IMG/VR virus record: IMGVR_UViG_3300032820_000001
Location: 64,001-128,000 of that record
Length of the DNA stretch: 64,000 bases
Strand: one strand, 5' to 3'
Origin: a virus
The notes below the pieces were generated by a model. That model ran no database searches, had not been told where the DNA came from, and saw nothing but the letters and a program-made list of their open reading frames with translations. Made by a program: the position numbers and the translations under genes. Position 1 is the first letter of the stretch; each line of letters opens with the position of its first letter. Shown here piece after piece: positions 41,200 to 51,294 of the stretch.

Positions 41200-44100
41200 T
41201 TATTGATTAATATGAGCAAATCCGTCCTTCCTGTCGATATCAATTGTCATATCCGCAGCATCCTTCAAACTATCCAAATGAGAGATTAGGATAACTTTAT
41301 TGAATTGCATCTTAATCAAATCAACAATCCTGTTAAAGCCTTCCATATTATTCTCATCCAAAGAGGTGCCGGGCTCATCAAGAATGAACACATCGCCACG
41401 AGGCAACGTGCTGACGCTCAAGAGAGCCAGACGAATGGCAATTGCTGCCAATGTCTTTTCTGCTCCCGATCCCAACTCAATTGGTCGGGGATCAAACTTC
41501 GGGTGCTTAATCAAAACATCAAGTTTTCTTCCGTCGGTTTCAAGATAAATCTCAAAGTCGGCAACGTTAGAGAGAACCTTAGAAATCTCTGCGTTAATGA
41601 CTGGAAGTCTTCGTTTCGTGATGTCCGAAGAAATTCCGTGGGAATGCATGCACTGCAAAAAATAATCATAAGCGGCATATTCTTCCCTCTTTTGGTTAAG
41701 CATCTCTCTGTCGGCTTCTAAAGATGATAATTTCTCTTCTAAGGAGCCGTGAATCTTATATAATTTTAAGATTTCTTCCTCGCAGCTATCCAGAGATAGG
41801 GACAATTCAGAAACCCTTTTTTGTCTCTTTTCTCGCTCTTTTAGAAGAAGTTCCAAATTTTCAATTGCATCTTTGTTTTCTTCATAAACTTCAATATCTT
41901 TTTTAAGATCCTCGATGTGTCGTTCCTTTGAAAGAATTTCCAAAGCCAACTTTTCAGACATAAGGGAGGCTTCTGAAACTGCTCTCTCCTTCTCCAGCTT
42001 CTTTGTAATAAGCTGATCGTATTTGTCAATGTGAGAAGTTACCACCTCTGGGCCTAATAGCTGGAGGCTGTCTTGTTTTTGCGATTTTGACGAGGTTATC
42101 TCATATAATCTCTCCTCAAGATCTGGCAGTCTTCCTTCTGCGGCCGTTGCGTCTTTCAGCAACTTACAGTGTAAAAATTTATCACCACATGGCACCTCGC
42201 TCAACAAAGACGCCTTTCGCTTTGCAACAGAAACTTTTTCATTGAGGGTATTCCACTCTCCTGAAAGGATATCAATGTCCCTCTCAAGATCTACAATATT
42301 TGATTTTCTCTCCCTATACTCTTCAATGTCAAAGGAAGATATAAAATCATTTATCTTTTCAAGTGCCTCTGAATCTTTCACTCTCGTGTTTGCTATTGTT
42401 GTTTCTGTCTCCTGCAAATTCAGGACGTCTTCGGTAATCTGCAAAACGGTGGTCTTCGCATTCTCCGCATCGATGATTTCCGCAGGAATAGAATCAATTT
42501 GGGAAGTGATGGTTGAGATCTCTTCTTCGTTTTCTTCTATTTCTTCTTTAAACCCTTCACACTTCGCTGTATGATCGGCTACTGCATTTTCGTTTCTCAC
42601 AATGTCGGCAGCTCCAGAGGCAATCTCGTTAGCGTAGTCCCGGCCCTCAAGGGCCTTTACGAAGCCACGCAAGTCTGCTGCCTCCAACTTTGCAATACTA
42701 AATTTCTCTTCAAACAAAAGCAAATCAAGAAACTTTGCAAGAATTTCCTTTCTTCTCGTAGAGCCCTCTTTAATAAATGTAAGAGAGTCTGTCTGAGATG
42801 ACATGGATGTAAGTAAAAAGTCATCAATGTTTCCAAAGTATTTGGCTATGTTTCGATCTGTTTCTATGCGAGTCGTCCCATTGAGTTCCCTCATGTCGCC
42901 GGCAGAATCAGTAACAAAGAAGTCGACGTCTGTCTTTGCTTCATTCGTCACCTCTCCCTTTAGTCTTTTAATATACTTCTCCGATTTTCTCTCAACAATA
43001 TAATCCTGGCCGGCAATATCAATTACAGCCCTGGCTCTGCAATTTGGTTTGTTTTGGTTAATAATGTTATATGCTTTCCTAACATTTTTAGTCGTACTGT
43101 TGAAAAGGGCATAACATAAAGAATCAATGGTACTACTCTTTCCAGAATAGTTTTCACCAAAGATGCCCACCACTCCGGAGAGATTTTCAAAATCAACATG
43201 GTTGCCATCTCCATAATTAAAAAGGTTATCCCACTCTAAGCTTTTAAGCTTCCAATGGATGTTGCGGGATACCTCATCACTTTCGGAGGCGTAAGAATTC
43301 ATGCGGCGATTAATAGCAAGGACTTCTGATATCATGTCATCAGCCAATTCATAGTCGTTGAGGTATTCTTTAATCAATCTCTCTTGGACCTTTTCATCTC
43401 TCAAATCTTCTTCGAGAGCCTCTTTTATCGCATCCTCGACGCTGCCAACAACTCCGCTTACGTTGTTCTGTGTCGTTGTTGATTCTGGTTTGAATTTCGT
43501 TTGAACAACTCCTTGGGCCTTTCTCATCGCTCCAACAGAAATCTGATTCATTGAGCGAATGCGGATGCGGGCGTTTTCCGGTATCTCTAGCTTCTTCGGC
43601 ACCTTACCTTTGGGTGTAAGGATAATTGTGACAAAAGGGTTTGGATTCAGAATTCGATGATGGGAAACTGAGAAGTTGTCCTTATCTTCGATGTCCCAGA
43701 TCAAGAACCCCTTATCGTCAGTCTCTCCATGATTTTGTTGAATGGTTGATCCGCAATATCGCACACGACCTTCATGATCAAGGGATTGATCAGTCTTGTG
43801 AATATCGCCAAGCATAGCATAATCAAAACCACAAAGAACTGAAATATCGATTCCATGCTCTAGCATGAATCCCGTATCGGTTCTGCAGCCTGCGACGCTA
43901 CCATGATAAAGGGCAATGTTTATTTTCTTCTTCTTTGTGGGTTCAGTGATCCAATTGTTCTTATCAAACACGGAAAGGATATTGAGAACAAGGTTGTGCT
44001 TAAGCGTAACCTCTTTAGAATTCTTGTGCAAGAAAACTTTCGGGTTTTTCATCGCATCCACAATAGGGCTGATTGCATCCTGCCGACTGTCGTTTCTCAG

Positions 44101-44352
44101 GTTGCCATCATGGTTCCCAAGAATAACGTGTGTCGGTGCAATATCTGCCATGCTTCTCAGGAAGTCGGTTGTCATGTCGACCAATTCTGGGGATATGTCT
44201 GTCTTGCGGTGAGCAATGTCTCCGCAGTGAACAATATAGTCGGGCTTCAATTCACGAAGCTGTCGATACATATCATCGAAAGCAATTTTATATTGCTTGT
44301 GATACTTCAAATTTCGAATATGAGTATCACTAATGTGAGCAATTCTAACCAT
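41200..44352 (-). CDS. Fused Mre11/SbcD nuclease and Rad50/SbcC ABC ATPase (T4 gp47-gp46 equivalent), 1050 aa
   Basis: Phosphoesterase motifs SDTH, CGD, GNHD, YHG, GDIH. Walker A GENYSGKS, long coiled coil with central PCGDKFLHC, signature-like LGSGAE, Walker B FILDE, H-loop ISH. Start ATG 44352 (SD GAGG). Confidence 0.92.
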   Translation of the reverse strand: MVRIAHISDTHIRNLKYHKQYKIAFDDMYRQLRELKPDYIVHCGDIAHRKTDISPELVDMTTDFLRSMADIAPTHVILGNHDGNLRNDSRQDAISPIVDAMKNPKVFLHKNSKEVTLKHNLVLNILSVFDKNNWITEPTKKKKINIALYHGSVAGCRTDTGFMLEHGIDISVLCGFDYAMLGDIHKTDQSLDHEGRVRYCGSTIQQNHGETDDKGFLIWDIEDKDNFSVSHHRILNPNPFVTIILTPKGKVPKKLEIPENARIRIRSMNQISVGAMRKAQGVVQTKFKPESTTTQNNVSGVVGSVEDAIKEALEEDLRDEKVQERLIKEYLNDYELADDMISEVLAINRRMNSYASESDEVSRNIHWKLKSLEWDNLFNYGDGNHVDFENLSGVVGIFGENYSGKSSTIDSLCYALFNSTTKNVRKAYNIINQNKPNCRARAVIDIAGQDYIVERKSEKYIKRLKGEVTNEAKTDVDFFVTDSAGDMRELNGTTRIETDRNIAKYFGNIDDFLLTSMSSQTDSLTFIKEGSTRRKEILAKFLDLLLFEEKFSIAKLEAADLRGFVKALEGRDYANEIASGAADIVRNENAVADHTAKCEGFKEEIEENEEEISTITSQIDSIPAEIIDAENAKTTVLQITEDVLNLQETETTIANTRVKDSEALEKINDFISSFDIEEYRERKSNIVDLERDIDILSGEWNTLNEKVSVAKRKASLLSEVPCGDKFLHCKLLKDATAAEGRLPDLEERLYEITSSKSQKQDSLQLLGPEVVTSHIDKYDQLITKKLEKERAVSEASLMSEKLALEILSKERHIEDLKKDIEVYEENKDAIENLELLLKEREKRQKRVSELSLSLDSCEEEILKLYKIHGSLEEKLSSLEADREMLNQKREEYAAYDYFLQCMHSHGISSDITKRRLPVINAEISKVLSNVADFEIYLETDGRKLDVLIKHPKFDPRPIELGSGAEKTLAAIAIRLALLSVSTLPRGDVFILDEPGTSLDENNMEGFNRIVDLIKMQFNKVILISHLDSLKDAADMTIDIDRKDGFAHINQ

Positions 44353-44368
44353 ATATTTTCCTCTATTG

Positions 44369-45328
44369 TTAAATGGCACTCAGTGCCTGATATAGAAAAG
44401 ATGAATCCAAATCCATTGGGACGGCTTCTTCTTTTCGTTTCGCAAAGACCTCTTTGGGCATTGTGCCCACATCGCTGTATCCCGAAACATCTACTTTGTA
44501 GACTTCGCAATCATGCTGAATGAGGTTCTTAACTAACCTCATGGCCTTCGACTCAGCATCGGGATCGAGGGCAACATACAACGGTGTGTCGTGATTTACA
44601 ATTTTCGAAAACAATACGCTATCTTCCCTAAGTGAAGACCCAAGAAGCGGAATCGCATTCTCAGCAACAATTGCATCGAAAACACCCTCGACAAGTGTTA
44701 AATCATTTTCCCAATCCACATATAGCTCGTTAAAGACAATATCTTTCTTTGCGGATGGGTTTTTATATTTTATCCACTCTTCCTCATAAGAACGAGCAAT
44801 GAAATAATTTACTCTCCCGTCCATGTTAAAGGAGGGAATAATTACTCTCCCAGCGTATTCGCCAGATCCACAATATCCTATCTTCCACTTTAAGATGTCT
44901 TCTCTCTTTATGTTGCGAGATTTCAAATAATGTGCGGCCTTAATTGAGGAGATGTGGTTTTTCTTTCCTGTTAAAGTTCTAAATTCTTCTGGGAGGTTGA
45001 TGATCTCTTCTGGCTCTAATTCTTCTTTTTTCCCGATATTCTTAATAAGGGCCAAGAGATCCATCGGTGCATTGGCCAGATCCATCCTTCCGGTCAACTC
45101 TTCCCACAATTTTCTATGAGTATAAGATCCGTACCGGCGGATAAGGCGATAGATGGAAGGAGACTTATAATCACAAATCCAGCACTTAAAGCTGTCTTTT
45201 TCTATGTTTATAGAGAGTTTTGGCTTGTGATGTCTACACTTCGGGCATGTAAAGAGACGTTCCTCCCCGACACGATAAAACCCGCCGAGGACGTCTTTTA
45301 ATACCTTTATTTTCTTTTCTGCTGACAA
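44369..45328 (-). CDS. DnaG-like DNA primase (Zn finger plus TOPRIM)
   Basis: CPKCRHHK...FKCWIC, GRVIIP, LVEGVFDA, ALDPDA. Confidence 0.85.
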   Translation of the reverse strand: MSAEKKIKVLKDVLGGFYRVGEERLFTCPKCRHHKPKLSINIEKDSFKCWICDYKSPSIYRLIRRYGSYTHRKLWEELTGRMDLANAPMDLLALIKNIGKKEELEPEEIINLPEEFRTLTGKKNHISSIKAAHYLKSRNIKREDILKWKIGYCGSGEYAGRVIIPSFNMDGRVNYFIARSYEEEWIKYKNPSAKKDIVFNELYVDWENDLTLVEGVFDAIVAENAIPLLGSSLREDSVLFSKIVNHDTPLYVALDPDAESKAMRLVKNLIQHDCEVYKVDVSGYSDVGTMPKEVFAKRKEEAVPMDLDSSFLYQALSAI

Positions 45329-45828
45329 ATATGTCCTGCCTTTGCTATAACAATACTGTCTGCTTTATCAAAGCATTCAGGTTTAAAATTACCAAACTTA
45401 GTATATTGTACCACGAATTGGGGTTCTTTGTCAAGTAAAAACTCTACGACTTTTTGTTTGGCGTTTTCGCCTCTTGGAATCTTGATGCCGCAAGCCTTTC
45501 TTGCGGAAGCCGCAGACAGGTATTGGGGGACGACTCCAGTGTGCTCGTATATCAACCATGAAACTACTCCATTAAATCTACTCAAAGTAGATAGTGTTTT
45601 GGCCGAAGAAAATCCGCTTCGAAATGACTGGAGTGATTGTTCAATATAGATTTCCTCGATGTCAAATTGCGTGGTAAGGAAGGTTATTTTACTCCTAATG
45701 GACTTGGCTTTCGAAAAAAAGTCTTTATACTTTCTCGTATCCCATGCTTCATTATGAACTATTTTTCCATTTTTGTCAAGTATTGTGACGCCAGTTATAC
45801 TGGTGCTGACATCTAAACCGCAGATCAT
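45307..45828 (-). CDS. RuvC-like Holliday junction resolvase
   Basis: RNase H-fold acidic motifs GLDVSTSITG, IYIEQ, DKADS. Confidence 0.75.
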   Translation of the reverse strand: MICGLDVSTSITGVTILDKNGKIVHNEAWDTRKYKDFFSKAKSIRSKITFLTTQFDIEEIYIEQSLQSFRSGFSSAKTLSTLSRFNGVVSWLIYEHTGVVPQYLSAASARKACGIKIPRGENAKQKVVEFLLDKEPQFVVQYTKFGNFKPECFDKADSIVIAKAGHICQQKRK

Positions 45829-45843
45829 GCAATTATTATATCA
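45829..45843 (-). promoter_or_regulatory. Extended -10 sigma70-type promoter (TGnTATAAT), probably giving a leaderless mRNA
   Basis: Minus strand TGA-TATAAT-AATTGC-ATG. The -10 ends 6 nt before the RuvC-like ATG and there is no SD. Confidence 0.45.
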
Positions 45844-46905
45844 CAGATCTAACTTAAGTTTAAATGTATAACTGTCTTTTTCTCGCTTGCGGATGGGGTT
45901 TGCTAGCTTTGCGGTGCCGAGCAGATTCATGTTGTCGTCGTAGATTCCGATGGATGATATGTAGGTTGTCTTTTCAAAAGAGCCCGTTTCCTGAAATGAT
46001 GAGGATACAATGTTTTTAATTTCCTGCAAATCATTTTCCAAATAAGTATAGGAATTGCTGCTATCAACTTTAGTCTGGCCGTATTCTACAAACGTTGGGT
46101 TATTGGAACTGTTTAAGTCTCCCCGGTTGGCGTGTGCAAACATCGTCATGGTGGGGGTGTAAGTTGTGCCGTTGAGACTAATATCAAAAGAAGAATCAGT
46201 TAGGGCGGCATCCTGTGTGCCAAAGTATTTCCACCTTGCAAAGTCAGATCCGCCAGGATAATTTTGGTTAGTGTCATTGAGGGCCCACGATCCCGTTAAA
46301 AGAATGAACCCCTCATTATATAATATCACTCCAGCGACCTTGCCATCATCCGTTCCGCCAGACTGCACGAGCTCGCCGCGCTTGGTGGAATCTGTCAATT
46401 GTCCAGCGACAGTTCCAGTTACATAAAATTTTAAATCAACGGTTCCCGCCTGCACAGCCGAGCCGTATAACAGTGACGGAAGGCTTATCAGCATTAGATC
46501 TTGTTCGGGCTTATTTCCGAGACTAGATGAGTAAGCGTAATGGGGGCTGAGTTTCTTATAATAATTTAGTGTATTCAGAAGGGAGTCTAATTTCAGATCT
46601 CCCGAACCTGCAGCCAAATAGTCCGAAGACACCACGACGCTGGAGCTTAGAAAATAATCTTTCTCGAAAGAGGCTGTGACCGAAGAGCCTGTGAAATCCG
46701 TTATCGTCACAAATGTTGGCCTTGCGGTGTATTGGTTTTTTCCTACTATCAATACACTGCCAGATACGTGAGGGATTGGTTTGTATCCAGATTCCGGTGA
46801 ACCATTAAAGTACGAAGCTGAATTTGCGATATAGATTTTGGTCTCAGGATAAGACCTTGCACTATTCAGGATGCTGTCGTTCTTATCAAATTTGTAAAAG
46901 GACAT
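45841..46905 (-). CDS. Baseplate/virion structural protein (354 aa), paralogue of 46932..47942
   Basis: Shared C-terminus N.S.NPT...YI(S/T)S(I/V)G(I/L)Y......L..AKL..P..K.......LDL/Y and internal G.V.Y..G...LT.S. Confidence 0.6.
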   Translation of the reverse strand: MSFYKFDKNDSILNSARSYPETKIYIANSASYFNGSPESGYKPIPHVSGSVLIVGKNQYTARPTFVTITDFTGSSVTASFEKDYFLSSSVVVSSDYLAAGSGDLKLDSLLNTLNYYKKLSPHYAYSSSLGNKPEQDLMLISLPSLLYGSAVQAGTVDLKFYVTGTVAGQLTDSTKRGELVQSGGTDDGKVAGVILYNEGFILLTGSWALNDTNQNYPGGSDFARWKYFGTQDAALTDSSFDISLNGTTYTPTMTMFAHANRGDLNSSNNPTFVEYGQTKVDSSNSYTYLENDLQEIKNIVSSSFQETGSFEKTTYISSIGIYDDNMNLLGTAKLANPIRKREKDSYTFKLKLDL

Positions 46906-46931
46906 CGGTTCCTCCTTGACGGAAAAGACGC

Positions 46932-47942
46932 CTAGTAATCAAGTCTCACTCGAAGAGTTAGAGTTGTGGATGGATCCTTCTTCAGAGGTTCCGACAGTTT
47001 CGCAGTTGCAAGCAATTCGTTGTCTGCAGAATAAAGACCAACAGAAGTGATATACGAGGACGGTGAGTCAATAGCTTTGTCTTTCACTCTGATTTTACTG
47101 TCATTTAAATAGGTTGGATTAGAGCTGTAATTGAACTCGCAATGATTTGCGGGGCAAAAGTAAATTGTAGAATTCAATTCAATAGTGTTATTAAACGTAA
47201 GGTTGTCAAGGCAGTGTCGAACAGCATTGGCGCTGGAGGAAATTGTACTTCCTGTCAGCATTTGAAGGGCAGTTGTAGTTGCAGAACCAAACTCTTCAGG
47301 AAAAACTGAAGATGTTAGTACGGCCACTCCTGCCTGATAATACAGCAAACCTACGCCCGTTCCGGCGACGGCGGCTGAACCTGTATATAAGATACCATAT
47401 TCGCCAGCTGGTGAGTTTGTTCGGTAATTACTAGAGGCCCCATAATCACTAATGGTTATGGGTGTGGTAAAGGGGGTTGCGTAAGTTCCCGATCCCAAGG
47501 TGAGGATGAAAGTTCCCTTTTTTACTTCGTCTTTTGTGAGCAACCGAGCCAAGTTGATAAAGTATGCTTCATTAATTTTGTCTCCTCCGGAAAGGTCGCC
47601 ATCGCGGTCGAAAGGTCTAATGCTTCCCGTTGCATCATTTCCAACAAGAACCTGAGCCATTTGAGAATAGATGTTTTGCTTTTTGTCGTTCTGGCCGGTG
47701 GTGGTGTCTACGAGGGTTCCTGACGCATATCCGCACGTAAGGTCAAACAAGTGATTGGCCGAAGAGCTTAGGTAAGGGTAGTCATATACTGACTGAAACA
47801 TTCCGTGGGAATAGTTTTTAATGTTCGAGTCGCTGTACGTGCTTCCCGAAACTATCGCTCCCGTCACTGGTACATTCTCATGCAACAAGGTTCTTGTTGA
47901 TGTGATGTTCTCGCTTGAAAGTGTTTTAAATATAGTTGCCAT
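46932..47942 (-). CDS. Baseplate/virion structural protein (336 aa)
   Basis: Shares the C-terminal motifs of 45841..46905 (EFNYSSNPT...YITSVGLYSADNELLATAKLSEP). Confidence 0.6.
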   Translation of the reverse strand: MATIFKTLSSENITSTRTLLHENVPVTGAIVSGSTYSDSNIKNYSHGMFQSVYDYPYLSSSANHLFDLTCGYASGTLVDTTTGQNDKKQNIYSQMAQVLVGNDATGSIRPFDRDGDLSGGDKINEAYFINLARLLTKDEVKKGTFILTLGSGTYATPFTTPITISDYGASSNYRTNSPAGEYGILYTGSAAVAGTGVGLLYYQAGVAVLTSSVFPEEFGSATTTALQMLTGSTISSSANAVRHCLDNLTFNNTIELNSTIYFCPANHCEFNYSSNPTYLNDSKIRVKDKAIDSPSSYITSVGLYSADNELLATAKLSEPLKKDPSTTLTLRVRLDY

Positions 47943-47958
47943 TATTTATTCCTCTGTT

Positions 47959-48843
47959 CTATGACTTTACGAACCTGACTGGGAGATCAATTGATGCGCC
48001 AGTTGTAGCTCCTTGGATTCTTACGGTGGTGTCGATGTAGCTAACATCACCGACGCCGGTGACATTTCCAGTGCTGCCAAGTTCTGTAAAAAGATACGTG
48101 CTTGAATTGAGTTCAATTGAAGACTGTATCGCAAATTTTAAAATTGTTCCCCTTGGGCCGTCAATTACTTCCGTCGGTGCGGCAGTTGTAATTGTATTCT
48201 CCGACACATAGGATGGGTCAGTCCCAAGCGTCAAATAATAGCTTGCGATCATGTCATCGTCAATGTATGCGATGCGAGCAGCGGGCCCATCGGGAGAGAC
48301 AATCTTTCCTAACCTATTGTCAATTTCCACGATATACTGCGTCTCTAAAAGATCTGTCTCTATCGAAAAGCTTGGGGAAATTGCGTCATTGTCGATTCCC
48401 TGATCAACCCGGATGAACGAGGCTCGTCCTGCGGTGATGTTCTCCCCGAAAAGAATTGGCATCGTGCCCGTGGCATTGTTCTCGGTTGTCTTGTCGACAG
48501 CAACCACATACATATTTATAGAAGTATTCAAGGCAGCATCTGCCTCATCGTTAGCTAAAAGAACTGACATATATAAGATGTTATTTCTTGGGATGGTCAC
48601 AAGTTTGCTTTTCATGGAGGAAGCGTTGTTTGTGAAGGCTTCTAAAATTGGGGTTTGCATAATTTGCAAATCTTGATCGCCAGTTGAGGCGGTCAAATCA
48701 TAGAGAGCGTAATTGATCTCGTCGTCGCCCAAGGCAAATTTTGTAATTGCAAAAGAGCCATCACCCTTTGCCAATCTGTACCGTCCGGTATCGGTTAATA
48801 CCGCATCGATAATAATATCACCACTATTGTCTAAAAATGCCAT
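47959..48843 (-). CDS. Baseplate/tail-fibre attachment-type structural protein (294 aa)
   Basis: N-terminal IDAVLTDTGRYRLAKG...ITKFALGDDEINY resembles the LT..G...LA....I..fa.GD fibre/baseplate N-terminal motif. SD GGAGG. Confidence 0.55.
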   Translation of the reverse strand: MAFLDNSGDIIIDAVLTDTGRYRLAKGDGSFAITKFALGDDEINYALYDLTASTGDQDLQIMQTPILEAFTNNASSMKSKLVTIPRNNILYMSVLLANDEADAALNTSINMYVVAVDKTTENNATGTMPILFGENITAGRASFIRVDQGIDNDAISPSFSIETDLLETQYIVEIDNRLGKIVSPDGPAARIAYIDDDMIASYYLTLGTDPSYVSENTITTAAPTEVIDGPRGTILKFAIQSSIELNSSTYLFTELGSTGNVTGVGDVSYIDTTVRIQGATTGASIDLPVRFVKS

Positions 48844-48862
48844 TTGTTATTCCTCCACGTCA

Positions 48863-48870
48863 TAATTAGT
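48863..48870 (-). promoter_or_regulatory. Late-promoter-like motif ACTAATTA
   Basis: About 20 nt upstream of ATG 48843; a second variant CCTATTTA at 48880-48887. Confidence 0.5.
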
Positions 48871-48912
48871 ATTATACACTAAATAGGTGGGTTTTTTAAA
48901 TAAAAACCCTCT

Positions 48913-51291
48913 TTATTCTTCTCTAGGCTTAAAGTTGTAACCATACTCAACATTAAAGTCTATTTTTTTGCCAGTTTCAATTGATGTCAATCTTATCTTA
49001 AACTTCTTATCCCAAATAGAGCCCTCAGTTGTAATCCCAAGCTGGATATCCCCATTGGTAACATCCCTAGAAGATCTTTTGTCTCTTAGCGGCTCGGATT
49101 TAACAAGAAGATTCTGCATTGTTGGTCGCAGGCGCAGAAACTTTTTCATCTTGCGCTCCTTCACTCTTTCGTCTGGTAGAGACTCTTCATAATTATATTC
49201 ATTGATAATGAGGTACGGGGAGAATCCACCAATTAATGTAACCTCAAATGTCTTCGATGGATTAGAAACATTTCCATGAGCGTCAATTGATCTAAACATA
49301 TAATAATATGTGGTATCTGCTGTAACATCATCTAGTATTTCCTTCTGTGTAACCCTCCGCCACATCTTTCCTCGAAGGGAGCGCGGGGTTTCAGGAGCAC
49401 TGGTAGTTCTATAAACCTCATATAATTTTGTTTCGTCGTCGTTTTTAAAGGTAATACATTGAGGACACCCTTCCACTTCGGAGGGGCCTTGGGCCTTCCT
49501 TATTTTTTGCATTCGGATTACTTCCTCCTGCGACATCTCGAAAGGAACCTGACTCACAGTCTCTGTTTGATCTTCAAAGATAATTTGGATCTTTCTTGCT
49601 TCACCGATGAAGCTTCGAAACTCAACGTTCGGATAGACCGGCGGGTGGCTTGAAACAAAAGATTCGCCAGAACCAACAACATTCTCCACAATCTTAATAG
49701 CAGCATTATTGTTGACGACGATGCCAGCCTCGTTGCCGGCTTCGTCGACTTGAACGCTAACGGCATCGGCTTCCCATTCGGGGTCGCCCGGCATAGCTGT
49801 AGAACTGCCAATGTGAAAATCATTATAAGTATACTCTGACCCCAAAACTATGGAATATGAAAAAACTCTATAAATGTATTCCTCTCCAACCTTCACCTGA
49901 GTATCCATAAATTTAAATAACTGCGCCTGTTCCGAGTTGAAAAAGAAGAAATTCTGAATTGGTTTTTGGGTTGAATTCTTTTTATATTTCGCAACACGGT
50001 ACATGAGGGTTTCTGAATAGGCGTAGTCTCCATCTATAATATCACTGTAAGATCTCCACTGCTGATTTATAATGTTATATATTCCTTCCAAAAATTCAAG
50101 GTGATCAATCACATCAGTGAAGCCTCGGTTCTCTTCTTGGAACGTGTTTTTGCGATCTTCTTCTGTGCCGAGAACAATTGTTTTATCGCTAAATCCTCCG
50201 ATACCTGTTTCGAGGACTGTTAGTAGATCCCAAACTTTTGGCTGGGCTTGGTAAATCTGGCCAGTGGACGTGCTTCTTATAAACTCTTCTCTCTCTTGGG
50301 CTATCTCCACGTTAAGAGTAGATGCCACATTCTTCATGAGGTAATTTGCTAAATTCGTGTTTTCAAACTCTTTACCCACTGGGCCGCTTTCGGACATGCC
50401 AATATCAAAACCAACATAATATGGGAAAGATTCTTTAGTGACGTCGACGGCTCGGTTGACATCCAAGATACTTTTATTTGGATAAAATACATTTTTATAT
50501 TTTTCTGATGGTACTTGGCTCCTTATATTTACAGCGTAGTTTCGGAAGAAATTCTTTATGTTGTTGTCGGGATATCCCATCTGATTGCGGGTGGGTTGGT
50601 ATCCAGTCGACAAAGGCTCCCCGGTTGAATCATATCTCATAACTTCAGGATTTAGTTGTGCGGGGAAAGCAATACCATCGTCATGATACATGTACCTGCT
50701 TTCATAGTTCGCATCCAACATTAAATAGGTTCCATAAGAATCAAGCAAATTAAGTTCGCTGAAGTAGAGACCTGATGTTGCGTCTTCATACTCTTTTATA
50801 TAAAAATTGTACTTAGAGGACATAGTTCCTACGCGGGTCTCCGGTAAGATGAATGACAAATCCATAACTGGTATCGTTGATAAATCTTTTGAAAGATTGG
50901 AAATTCTTAATTCATCTCCGCTTACCATAATATTTTCAATTGTTCCACCGAAGCCGGCTGGGTTGGGTGGCATATTGTGGGCTGTTCCAAACGCGGTGAG
51001 ATCGAGGGGGAAGTTCTGATTTTCTGGTAGGTCTTTTGACAAATCAATTGAAGCTCTTCCCACCTTCCAAGAAGATCCGAGATCATTTCGAAATCTATCT
51101 TCTGAAAAGAGCTGGGCGTTGACCCACGTTTCCGAGGTTGCGCCGCCGGCAGTCGTGGGCCGAGGGGGTGCGGGCGTTTTTCTATATCCTCCGTCCATGT
51201 AGTTTTGTACAAACTGAGGAAGCGAAGAGTCGTCAATATCTTTGACAATATTCTTTTCGGTGAATAAAGCATTTATCTTAGAAAATTTCAT
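48913..51291 (-). CDS. Large hypothetical virion protein (792 aa)
   Basis: Long intact ORF in the baseplate block. Confidence 0.7.
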   Translation of the reverse strand: MKFSKINALFTEKNIVKDIDDSSLPQFVQNYMDGGYRKTPAPPRPTTAGGATSETWVNAQLFSEDRFRNDLGSSWKVGRASIDLSKDLPENQNFPLDLTAFGTAHNMPPNPAGFGGTIENIMVSGDELRISNLSKDLSTIPVMDLSFILPETRVGTMSSKYNFYIKEYEDATSGLYFSELNLLDSYGTYLMLDANYESRYMYHDDGIAFPAQLNPEVMRYDSTGEPLSTGYQPTRNQMGYPDNNIKNFFRNYAVNIRSQVPSEKYKNVFYPNKSILDVNRAVDVTKESFPYYVGFDIGMSESGPVGKEFENTNLANYLMKNVASTLNVEIAQEREEFIRSTSTGQIYQAQPKVWDLLTVLETGIGGFSDKTIVLGTEEDRKNTFQEENRGFTDVIDHLEFLEGIYNIINQQWRSYSDIIDGDYAYSETLMYRVAKYKKNSTQKPIQNFFFFNSEQAQLFKFMDTQVKVGEEYIYRVFSYSIVLGSEYTYNDFHIGSSTAMPGDPEWEADAVSVQVDEAGNEAGIVVNNNAAIKIVENVVGSGESFVSSHPPVYPNVEFRSFIGEARKIQIIFEDQTETVSQVPFEMSQEEVIRMQKIRKAQGPSEVEGCPQCITFKNDDETKLYEVYRTTSAPETPRSLRGKMWRRVTQKEILDDVTADTTYYYMFRSIDAHGNVSNPSKTFEVTLIGGFSPYLIINEYNYEESLPDERVKERKMKKFLRLRPTMQNLLVKSEPLRDKRSSRDVTNGDIQLGITTEGSIWDKKFKIRLTSIETGKKIDFNVEYGYNFKPREE

Positions 51292-51294
51292 ATA

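Noticed and set aside
3460-44523. Other plus-strand ORFs (e.g. 3460..4035, 13912..14502, 33199..33663, 35762..36016, 43903..44523)
   Set aside because: All lie fully antisense to recognisable minus-strand genes, have no protein-like motifs and no plus-strand expression signals.
37366-45328. Inteins, introns or homing endonucleases in terminase, primase or nuclease
   Set aside because: Lengths and motif spacing are normal, with no C/S...HN splice motifs, LAGLIDADG, HNH or GIY-YIG segments.
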